Positions 45,948-54,247 of a DNA stretch of 64,000 bases are shown here, piece by piece. The notes below the pieces were generated by a model. It searched no databases and had not been told where the DNA came from. It saw nothing but the letters and a program-made list of their open reading frames with translations. Each line of letters starts with the position of its first letter. Within the stretch, counting starts at the first letter, position 1. The DNA is from an uncultured Bacteroidia bacterium (GTDB taxonomy: Bacteria > Bacteroidota > Bacteroidia > Bacteroidales > Prolixibacteraceae), in contig CAIXZH010000004.1 of NCBI GenBank assembly GCA_903923905.1, positions 69,074-133,073 of the forward strand, read 5' to 3'. Made by a program: the position numbers and the translations under genes.

Positions 45948-47043
45948 ATGATCCTAAAGGACCAGCTTAAAGAGCTTGTTGAGCGCCGGGATGCGCTGAG
46001 GAGGTTTCTTTGACGTCGATAATAAATTAATCAGGCTCGAAGAAGAAGAACTTAAAACCCAGGATCCCGCTTTTTGGGAGAATCCAAAGGAGGCTGAGCG
46101 CCAGATGATGGTGATCCGCTCAATTAAGCAGTGGACTGACGGTTTTAAATCAGTCGATCAGGTAGTTGAAGATTTGCAGATCATGTTTGATTACAGTGAA
46201 GCTGGTGAAATTACCGAGGATGAACTTGAGGAGCATTTTATTGAAGCGAGGGGACTTACTGAAGACCTCGAAACTAAAAACATGCTCCGGCGCGAAGAGG
46301 ACAGGCTTGGCGCTGTTTTGAAAATTAACGCCGGTGCCGGTGGAACTGAGTCGAACGACTGGGCCGATATGCTTATGCGCATGTACCTCCGATGGGCCGA
46401 AAAGCATAAATATAAGGTTCGTGAAGCGAGTTTTGTCCCTGGTGAAGATGTAGGTGTAAAGAGCGTTACCATCGAGATTGAGGGTGAATTTGCGTATGGT
46501 TATCTTAAAAGCGAAAATGGGGTGCACAGGCTTGTACGCATCTCACCGTTCAACGCTCAGGGTAAAAGACAGACTTCTTTTACTTCAGTCTTTGTGGCAC
46601 CATTAGTAGATGATACCATTGTCATTGATGTAAATCCCGTAGATATTTCCTGGGATACCTTTCGTTCAGGCGGTGCGGGAGGACAGAATGTAAATAAAGT
46701 GGAGACTGGTGTACGGCTTAAACATGCACCTTCGGGTATCATCATCGAAAATACGGAGTCGCGATCACAGCTACAGAACAAAGAGAATGCTATCAGGTTG
46801 CTAAAATCACAACTTTATGCACTTGAGCTTCAGAGACGCCACGAAGCAACAACAAAAATTGAAGCCGGTAAGAAAAAAATAGAGTGGGGATCCCAGATCC
46901 GCTCTTATACCATGCAACCGTATAAACTGGTTAAAGATGTCCGGACCGGATTTGAATCCTCAAATGTACAGGGGGTAATGGATGGAGATATCGATGGGTT
47001 TATTAAGGCATTTTTAATGGAATTTTCTGAAGGTGAAAATTGA
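45948..47043 (+). CDS. prfB: peptide chain release factor 2, requiring programmed +1 ribosomal frameshift at 46008-46014
   Basis: Frame 0 reads [21 protein letters not shown] then TGA (46011-46013). Shifting +1 from GAC at 46012 reads [37 protein letters not shown]..., in frame with the ORF-track segment 46105..47043. SPF and GGQ ([15 protein letters not shown]) motifs are present. Confidence 0.92.
45999..46014 (+). promoter_or_regulatory. RF2 autoregulatory frameshift site: AGGAGG (internal SD-like) + CTT TGA C
   Basis: AGG AGG TTT CTT TGA C read directly. It is close to the canonical E. coli prfB shift cassette (slippery CUU U, stop UGA followed by C). Confidence 0.9.
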
Positions 47044-47075
47044 TTCAAAATGTCATTTCCATAATTTGATGATGT

Positions 47076-47107
47076 AGAGACGCACGATTGTGCGTCTCTG
47101 TTGTTTT
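47076..47107 (+). terminator. rho-independent terminator after prfB
   Basis: AGAGACGCAC-GATT-GTGCGTCTCT perfect 10-bp stem followed by GTTGTTTT. Confidence 0.85.
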
Positions 47108-47252
47108 GCGTCCATTTTCAGAAATACAATTCAAAACAATTATGGGGTAAAGTTGTTTTTAAGCAGGGATGGACAATTCAGTTAAATTTTCCATTTTTGT
47201 GTGCTAAACTGCAAATTAAAACTTAATTTTATATAAAACTAAATGACCCGGT

Positions 47253-49148
47253 ATGGAAAACATGAATGATGAGATGATTTATTACCCCTCGCAATCTGTA
47301 ATTGAACAGGCAAATATTAAAGAATATGATCAGTTGTATGCACGGTCAATTGAAAACCCGGAGGTTTTTTGGTCAGAACAGGCCGAACAACTCTCCTGGT
47401 ACCGCAAATGGGATAAGGTCCTTGATCGGAGTAATCCTCCTTTTTTTAAGTGGTTTGAAGGGGGAAAAACGAATATTGTACTCAATGCGATAGATCGTCA
47501 TCTTGAAAATGCAAATCGTAATAAGCTGGCTCTTATATGGGAGGGTGAGCCTGGTGATGTCCGAACCTTCTCTTATCATGCCTTAAACAGGGAAGTTTGT
47601 CAGTTTGCGAACATACTAAAAAGCATGGGAGCTAAAAGGGGAGAGGTAATCACCATCTATATGCCTCAGATACCTGAACAAATCATCGCTATGCTGGCTT
47701 GTTCAAAGATTGGAGCAGTTCATAGTGTTGTTTACGGAGGATTTAGTCATGAAGCATTGGCCGACCGGATTAATGATGCCAACAGCCGCATCGTGATAAC
47801 CGCAGATGGCGGTTACCGGCGAGGTAAAGTCGTAGAGCTGAAAAGCGTAGTGAACAAAGCAATGGAATTGTCTCCTACCATGGAAATCTGTATTACTGTA
47901 AAAAGAACGGGGGTAGAGGTCTATATGGAAAATGGCCGTGATTATTGGTTGCATGAATTATTGGCACTGCCTATTGCTTCCAATAAATGTGAAACGGAGC
48001 AGATGGACTCCTCTGAAATGCTGTTCCTTTTGTATACCTCAGGTTCTACAGGTAAGCCTAAAGCATTGGTTCATACCCATGGAGGCTTTAGCGTTTATAC
48101 CTCCACGACTCACCGGATGGTGTTCGATATTAAACCTGAAGACCGTTACTGGTGCGCTGCCGACCCGGGATGGATCACAGGACACAGCTATATAGTGTAT
48201 GGACCTTTATTGAACGGTGCCACCATAATGTTATACGAAGGTGCACCAAACTTCCCTTATCCTGACCGTTGGTGGAAAATGGTAGAGAAGTATGGCATCA
48301 ACATCCTTTATACCTCTCCAACAGCAATTCGTAGCTTAATGCGTTTTGGCGATTCATGGCCTAATCGAAATGATATCAGTTCATTGAGATTACTTGGTTC
48401 TGTTGGAGAACCGATAAGTCCGGAGGCCTGGAAATGGTATTACAAGGTGGTCGGTCGTGAAAAGTGTCCAATTATCGATACGTGGTGGCAGACTGAAACA
48501 GGTGGTTTTATGATCACCCCGCTCCCTATCACTCCGCTAAAACCAGGGTCTGCAACAAAACCATTCTTTGGAACCGTAATCGATGTCGTCGATGAACACG
48601 GTGAAAAGGTGAATATAGGCGAAGAGGGAACTTTAGTGATTAAAACTCCGTGGCCGGGAATGACTGCCGGAGTTTATCGTGATCCGCAACGGTTTATTGA
48701 TACTTATTGGACTAAATATGCAAAGCAAGGTTGGTATCTAACCGGGGATTCGGCCAAGATAGATCAGGATGGCTATTTCCGGATTATCGGGCGAACAGAT
48801 GATGTCATAAAGGTAAGTGGATACCGTTTGGGAACAGCAGAAATAGAAAGTGTTATGGCTAGTCATCCTGCTATTGCTGAAGCAGCTGCAATAGCACTTC
48901 CTCATGCGCTTAAAGGGAACTGTATCCATATTGTGGCAGTCCTGCGTTTGGGATATACGGCAAGTAAAGATCTTGAACATCAGATGATTCTGCATATGGT
49001 TGAGCATCTCGGGCCAATTGCAAGACCAGAAGAGATTACTTTTGCTGATCAACTGCCAAAAACCAGAAGTGGGAAAATAATGCGCAGGGTATTAAAAGCC
49101 AGAGCTTTGGGTTTACCTGAAGGAGACTTAAGCACACTTGAAGAGTAA
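47253..49148 (+). CDS. acs: acetate--CoA ligase (acetyl-CoA synthetase)
   Basis: 631 aa. FWSEQAEQLSWYRKW, AMP-binding YTSGSTGKPKALVHT, WWQTETGG, YLTGDSA, PKTRSGKIMRR. Confidence 0.92.
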   Translation: MENMNDEMIYYPSQSVIEQANIKEYDQLYARSIENPEVFWSEQAEQLSWYRKWDKVLDRSNPPFFKWFEGGKTNIVLNAIDRHLENANRNKLALIWEGEPGDVRTFSYHALNREVCQFANILKSMGAKRGEVITIYMPQIPEQIIAMLACSKIGAVHSVVYGGFSHEALADRINDANSRIVITADGGYRRGKVVELKSVVNKAMELSPTMEICITVKRTGVEVYMENGRDYWLHELLALPIASNKCETEQMDSSEMLFLLYTSGSTGKPKALVHTHGGFSVYTSTTHRMVFDIKPEDRYWCAADPGWITGHSYIVYGPLLNGATIMLYEGAPNFPYPDRWWKMVEKYGINILYTSPTAIRSLMRFGDSWPNRNDISSLRLLGSVGEPISPEAWKWYYKVVGREKCPIIDTWWQTETGGFMITPLPITPLKPGSATKPFFGTVIDVVDEHGEKVNIGEEGTLVIKTPWPGMTAGVYRDPQRFIDTYWTKYAKQGWYLTGDSAKIDQDGYFRIIGRTDDVIKVSGYRLGTAEIESVMASHPAIAEAAAIALPHALKGNCIHIVAVLRLGYTASKDLEHQMILHMVEHLGPIARPEEITFADQLPKTRSGKIMRRVLKARALGLPEGDLSTLEE

Positions 49149-49327
49149 GTTTTGGCTTCATTTGTTCATTCGATATGAATCTGAATATATTTGAATTTCA
49201 GGGGTTATTTACAGCACTTTAACCAGATTCCATTTTTTTGTCCCTTCAACCAGTTATAATAAAGGTATAATGCAATTTAAGTTAAAGGAAATATATTTAC
49301 GTAAATTAAATATATTTTGTAAAAACT

Positions 49328-49359
49328 TTTGTAAGTGTAAAAATAACGTGCTATATTTG
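49328..49359 (+). promoter_or_regulatory. Bacteroidota promoter: -33 TTTG (49328-49331) and -7 TATATTTG (49352-49359)
   Basis: 20-nt spacer, about 80 nt upstream of the bactofilin ATG at 49439. Confidence 0.5.
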
Positions 49360-49438
49360 ATCGTTTTTATAATCATTAATTTAATTTATTTTGAATAGGG
49401 GTATCTTTAACTCTATAATCCAAGATAGTGAGCCTGAC

Positions 49439-50818
49439 ATGAAAATACCAACTTTAATAAATTCTTCATCCAAGATAAACGGTGAGCTTATTTTCACAAC
49501 CGATGTTCGCATCGATGGGGAAGTTTTTGGGAAAGTAGAATCGGATAAAAGTGTGATTATTGGGGCTGAAGGATATGTTAAAGGTTTCCTTCGCGCTAAT
49601 GATCTCGTTGTATTCGGTAGGTTTGAGGGGAATATTATTGTTTCGGGACTTACAATTCTTCATGAGAGTGCTTCTGTTTTTGGAACCTTATATACCAAAG
49701 CATTAGAAGTTAAGGATGGCGCTACTATTACTGCATGTGTTGTTATGTATGATAAATTGGAAGCGATTGATGAAGCACAGATTTATCTTGCCGAAGAGAT
49801 GATTAAAGCTGAACCTGCCCGCAGGCAGGTTCTCACCGCTTCCCATGTCAAGATTTCATTTGATGATGCTCTTGATTCAACCAAAGCAGATGGGTTAAAA
49901 ATCGTTTCAGACCTGAAGGATTATCCAACACCCGAACCAGTGTCTAATGATTCAGGTGATGTTCTGTCAAAGATCAGGGAAAATAATGGTAGGGCTGAGG
50001 ATATGATAATTTACAAACAAAAAGCTGACCTTTTTGATATTGCGGAGAAGGTCAATGCTACTTCTCCATCGGAATCGCCTGTGGAAATTCTCCAGTCTGA
50101 GGATGATTTTTCAAAGGAAAAATTGTTTGAAGATGAAGCTTATGAGGCTGTTAACCAAGATGATCCTTTACAATTGACTTCTATTGAAGCCGCAGCAAAA
50201 CCTATCTTCTCAGATACAGTAACGGAAATCGAGGAAACAGATTCTCTCTGTCCGGTACCCTTTGACGAAGATGAAACGTTCATCCTTTTGACCTCAATGG
50301 ATGAGCCAGGGGAAGAACCCCAATCCGGAAAATCCACGGAGTCTTCTGTTCCAGAGATTGTTACTATTTCCGAAGTAGATCAGGGCCAAACACTTGAATT
50401 CGATTTTGAAGATAGTTATGTTGATAATGGAGAATTGGTTCTTTTCCCATTACCTAATCCGATTTCAATTGCCGGATGCCTGGGGGAGCCGGTAATGGAT
50501 GATTCCTCTATGTTCAGAAAGGGGAAGAAAAAACCGATAAGGTCGGAGAATACAATAATTACTCAGACCTCAAGAAAAAATAAAGGAGGACGTGGTATTT
50601 CAGGATTTGAAGAATTAAGGAATCTCCTGATCCCTGTAAAATATCAGCAGATGAAGCTGGCAGAAAAGAAGAATGATCAGGAGAAGATTAATGCTAAGAA
50701 AATTAAGGATAACGAGAATGAAGGGACCAGGTCTAAAGAGTCGGAAAAGAATGAATTATTTCTAAATAATGCGATTCGACATTTGCCTGATGATGACTAT
50801 TCTTCATTATTTAATTAA
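49439..50818 (+). CDS. bactofilin-domain protein with about 350-aa acidic low-complexity C-terminal extension
   Basis: Bactofilin beta-helix repeats INGELIFTTDVRIDGEVFGKVESDKSVIIGAEGYVKGFLRANDLVVFGRFEGNIIVSGLTILHESASVFGTLYTKALEVKDGATITACV (nt 49469-49744). The ATG at 49439 is preferred over the TTG at 49391. Confidence 0.78.
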   Translation: MKIPTLINSSSKINGELIFTTDVRIDGEVFGKVESDKSVIIGAEGYVKGFLRANDLVVFGRFEGNIIVSGLTILHESASVFGTLYTKALEVKDGATITACVVMYDKLEAIDEAQIYLAEEMIKAEPARRQVLTASHVKISFDDALDSTKADGLKIVSDLKDYPTPEPVSNDSGDVLSKIRENNGRAEDMIIYKQKADLFDIAEKVNATSPSESPVEILQSEDDFSKEKLFEDEAYEAVNQDDPLQLTSIEAAAKPIFSDTVTEIEETDSLCPVPFDEDETFILLTSMDEPGEEPQSGKSTESSVPEIVTISEVDQGQTLEFDFEDSYVDNGELVLFPLPNPISIAGCLGEPVMDDSSMFRKGKKKPIRSENTIITQTSRKNKGGRGISGFEELRNLLIPVKYQQMKLAEKKNDQEKINAKKIKDNENEGTRSKESEKNELFLNNAIRHLPDDDYSSLFN

Positions 50819-50877
50819 GTGTAATACAGAACAATATAAAAATAAGTTCCGTACCTAGAAACTATAATAAAAGAACT

Positions 50878-51924
50878 ATGAAACGATCGTATGTATTTCC
50901 GAGTGTTTATGAAGAAACAACTGTTGATTTTGCTAAAGTGGCAGCGAATTTTATTGAAGGAATGAAAATCAATAACTTTAATCAACGCAATTATTTAATT
51001 GGCAATATGGCATTAACAGAAGGTAGTGCCCCTCATAAATTTCTAAACAGTTCAGCTCAGGATCTTGATTATCAGTTAATGGCTCTTACAGCCTTAATTA
51101 TTGCTGCACAGGGTACGGACAATAAAATGGTAATTACCACAGGCTTTCCTTTTATCACGCATGCGATCTATAAAAAAGGAGCACGGGATTTCTATTTGGG
51201 AAAACACCAGGTTAGTTTCGATACAAGAACCTTTGGCGGAACAGGTGTTGAAAATATTAGCGTTAATGTTTCTGCATTTGATGTAATGACTGAGATTGAC
51301 GGTTGTATAAAAGCTATTCGTCAGGGTCATATGGAAGAAACTCAGAACTTCTTTATTGGCAGTCTTGGATTTGGTACTTTTGAACTGGCACTTTCAACTC
51401 CTTCCGGTATCATTCAACGAACAGCTCATAGCGAAAAGGGGATTAATTATGCCGTGAATATTTTGGAAAATGAGATTATAAAACAATATTATCTCAACAT
51501 GCTTACCGGTCAACAGATCGAGCGAGCTTTTCAGCGGGGCTTCTTTTTAATCAATCGCCGTAAAGTGGATGTTTTAGAGATTCGCAAGCGTGCCCTGACC
51601 AGCTATTATAATGAAGTCATTTCACCTGCAATGCGCAAGAAATTTTCTGATGAGGACTTTTCAAGAACGAATAAAATTTACCTTGTTGGGGGAGGTGCAA
51701 TGTATTCCGAATTAATTACTCTTTTCAAGGAAGAGTTTCAGGACATTCTTGAAGTTATTGTTTATCCGGAGCCTTATCTTTGTGCAAGTGAAGGTTATTG
51801 TTTAAATTCAGTAGCGATGGTTCCGGCAACCAATAGCCTGGAATTAAAAGAAAATATTACCTATGTTGGCATCGATTTAGGAAACTCAAACACCGTAGTG
51901 ACCATCTTTAATGAAACAGAATAA
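50878..51924 (+). CDS. ParM/StbA/Alp-like actin-fold (ASKHA) protein, apparently circularly permuted
   Basis: Phosphate-2-like FIGSLGFGTFEL (nt 51352-51387), adenosine loop IYLVGGGA (nt 51676-51699), and SYVFPSV and MVITTGFPF strands are in ParM order. The phosphate-1 hairpin ITYVGIDLGNSNTVVTIF sits at the extreme C-terminus (nt 51856-51921) rather than at the N-terminus. Confidence 0.7.
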   Translation: MKRSYVFPSVYEETTVDFAKVAANFIEGMKINNFNQRNYLIGNMALTEGSAPHKFLNSSAQDLDYQLMALTALIIAAQGTDNKMVITTGFPFITHAIYKKGARDFYLGKHQVSFDTRTFGGTGVENISVNVSAFDVMTEIDGCIKAIRQGHMEETQNFFIGSLGFGTFELALSTPSGIIQRTAHSEKGINYAVNILENEIIKQYYLNMLTGQQIERAFQRGFFLINRRKVDVLEIRKRALTSYYNEVISPAMRKKFSDEDFSRTNKIYLVGGGAMYSELITLFKEEFQDILEVIVYPEPYLCASEGYCLNSVAMVPATNSLELKENITYVGIDLGNSNTVVTIFNETE

Positions 51925-51955
51925 CTCTTATTCAGGAAGGATTGAATCTTAGTAA

Positions 51956-52002
51956 TTTAAATAAAAAGTTTATTGAAATTTTCAATAAACTTTTTATTTA
52001 AA
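51956..52002. terminator. 47-nt perfect AT-rich palindrome between convergent genes (bidirectional terminator candidate)
   Basis: TTTAAATAAAAAGTTTATTGAAA (51956-51978), centre t, then TTTCAATAAACTTTTTATTTAAA (51980-52002): exact reverse complements. Confidence 0.7.
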
Positions 52003-52017
52003 GACATTTCTGACTTA

Positions 52018-52701
52018 CTATTGTTTTACCGCCACTTTCTCGGTATAGCTCACAGCATATTCGATAACACACATATAATTATATGTTTTATGACTTCCGA
52101 ATGCTACCCCTACTCTTCTAAAACCTGGTTCGAAGATACTTTTTCGATGTCCGCGACTGGCAACGCCATCGTCAATAATCAGTGCCATTACGATTCTCCG
52201 GGCACTATTATTCCCATAGTCAATATTCTCAGAAGAAGATCCGCTCCATGTCCCATATCGGTTAATCCGGTCTGAAAAGGTGCTGCCGTCTCTTCCCAGG
52301 TGACCGGTTTCGGTGGTTGCCCCCTGCATTTTGACCATATCATTAGCCCCTTTACACATCCCTTTGGATACAGTTAATTTAGTCAGTGGTTTTTGATTCT
52401 TCAGAAATTTAATCGCTTCATTCACCGCGGACTTCCCTTCCCTGGTCACAAGAATAGTCTTCCCTGGTTCGTGCAATTCATTACCGACAAAATAGACAGA
52501 GTAAGAGGCAAGAAAATCGGCATACACTTTTGGCTGTGTCCTGGCCAGGTTAAGCTCATCAATGACCTCAAGTTCCAGGCCTGTTAAATAGGCAGGTTTA
52601 TCTTCCACATTGGGTGATTTATCCGGGCTATGAGGAGTGGTAAATGATGTTAATGCATTAAAAATTAATAGAATAGATAAATAGTTTCGCTTTATTTTCA
52701 T
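52018..52701 (-). CDS. CAP/SCP/PR1-like domain secreted protein
   Basis: Signal peptide. ELNLARTQPKVYA, GHLGRDGS, ENIDYG, IIDDGVASRGHRKSIF, typical of YkwD/CAP domain proteins. Confidence 0.8.
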   Translation of the reverse strand: MKIKRNYLSILLIFNALTSFTTPHSPDKSPNVEDKPAYLTGLELEVIDELNLARTQPKVYADFLASYSVYFVGNELHEPGKTILVTREGKSAVNEAIKFLKNQKPLTKLTVSKGMCKGANDMVKMQGATTETGHLGRDGSTFSDRINRYGTWSGSSSENIDYGNNSARRIVMALIIDDGVASRGHRKSIFEPGFRRVGVAFGSHKTYNYMCVIEYAVSYTEKVAVKQ

Positions 52702-52712
52702 CCATTTGGAAT

Positions 52713-54104
52713 TTAAAGATTTGTAATTGATTGTCTCAGATCACCCCGACTATAGGAAAAGTAAATCCCTGCCAGACATATCAGCCCCGAAATTGCAAAG
52801 GCAAGCCGAATACTGGTTACAAATAAGATGTTGTTTGCCTCTTTGAGTTGCGTTCCGCTGAAGAATAGTGAAAAAATGAGTGTTACGATCGTCATACTCA
52901 TCATTTGGCCTACAATCCGCATTGTAGCTGAGGTTCCGGAAGCAATACCCAACTGGCGCTTGTCAACCGAACTCATTATGGTATTCATATTTGGGGAGGA
53001 GAATAATCCGAATCCGGAACCCATGATAATTAGGATAATAACAATTACATATACAGGTGTTTGTATACCAATAAAAGTCAGCATGAATAGCCCGGTTGCG
53101 CTAATAAGCATTCCCGAAGTAGCTAATATGCGGGGCTCAATCCTGTCTGAGAATTTTCCTGCAAAGGGGGATAAAAGCGCCATCATCAAAGGTTGAGCAA
53201 TAAGTATTATACCAGCTTTCTGCGGTGAAAACCCCTGTACCTTCTGTAGATATAGACTCATCAGGAATACCAGTGAAAAGGTAGCGCTGTAATTAATCAG
53301 GGCTGCAAAATTTGAAAAAGCAAATAAACGGTTCTGCGAGAAAAGGGTGATATCAAAAATCGGGTGGTCCGACTTTTTACACTGGTGAACAAACAGAATA
53401 AAAAAGAATATTCCAGTGATGAGAAGTGGCCACCCAAAAGATTTATTCAGGTTTGAAGAACTGTATACAATTGCAAGAAGGCCTACAGAATAATAGATAA
53501 TCCCCTTATAATCAATCTTTGCCGGGGTTCGTGCATTTATGTCTGACTTTAATTTAAAAAACACCAGTATTAACGCCGAAATTGCCAGGGGGATACAGAA
53601 ATAGAAAATACTGCGCCATCCGAAGTGTTGCGTTAAGATTCCTCCGATAAACGGACCTGTTGATAATCCAAGGTAAACTGCTGCTACGTTAAGTCCAAGA
53701 ACTTTGCCCCGTTCAGCAGGCGGAAAGACGGACACCAGAATTGGCGAACCGGTGGTCGCCGTCATGGAGACACCTAATCCCTGAATTACCCTTATGAGAA
53801 TCAGTGTAGTCCCATTTGGAGCAATTCCGCACAGGATCGTCGAAAGGGTAAAAAGCAGGATACCTCCTTTAAATACTTCTTTCTGTCCAATGATATCTGC
53901 AAATTTACCAATCGGAAGGAGGAAAACTGCAGAAGCGAGCAGGTAGGAAATAACAATCCAGCTCAGCGCAACAGCGTCCAGATGAAACTCCTTCTCAATC
54001 GCAGGAAGGGCAATGTTCACACTTGATATCAGAAATGTTCCTAAAAATGATGTTAATACGGCAATTGTTAAAGCCGACCGTTGCCCGCTGGTCATTTGGT
54101 TCAT
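52713..54104 (-). CDS. MFS transporter, DHA2 (14-TMS drug:H+ antiporter) type
   Basis: 463 aa, about 14 TM segments. LPIGKFADIIGQKEVF motif-A-like loop. N-terminal region is EmrB/QacA-like. Confidence 0.8.
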   Translation of the reverse strand: MNQMTSGQRSALTIAVLTSFLGTFLISSVNIALPAIEKEFHLDAVALSWIVISYLLASAVFLLPIGKFADIIGQKEVFKGGILLFTLSTILCGIAPNGTTLILIRVIQGLGVSMTATTGSPILVSVFPPAERGKVLGLNVAAVYLGLSTGPFIGGILTQHFGWRSIFYFCIPLAISALILVFFKLKSDINARTPAKIDYKGIIYYSVGLLAIVYSSSNLNKSFGWPLLITGIFFFILFVHQCKKSDHPIFDITLFSQNRLFAFSNFAALINYSATFSLVFLMSLYLQKVQGFSPQKAGIILIAQPLMMALLSPFAGKFSDRIEPRILATSGMLISATGLFMLTFIGIQTPVYVIVIILIIMGSGFGLFSSPNMNTIMSSVDKRQLGIASGTSATMRIVGQMMSMTIVTLIFSLFFSGTQLKEANNILFVTSIRLAFAISGLICLAGIYFSYSRGDLRQSITNL

Positions 54105-54208
54105 GAAAAGTTGTTTTGATGATAGCCGGACAAAAATAACAAAAGCAATTTATTGTTATTTAATTTTAAATTAACATCTCTTTTAATGGGTATTAAAATT
54201 TAAACTTT

Positions 54209-54216
54209 TACCTTTG
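54209..54216 (+). promoter_or_regulatory. -7 promoter box TACCTTTG upstream of mutA
   Basis: Exact TAnnTTTG match, 31 nt upstream of the ATG at 54248. Confidence 0.45.
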
Positions 54217-54247
54217 CACTTCGATTTTATACAATAGCTATTTTGTT

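Noticed and set aside
54105-54247. Possible cobalamin riboswitch upstream of the B12-dependent mutase genes.
   Set aside because: No B12-box-like sequence is visible. The spacer is 143 nt and AT-rich, and B12 riboswitches normally control transport or biosynthesis genes rather than mutases.
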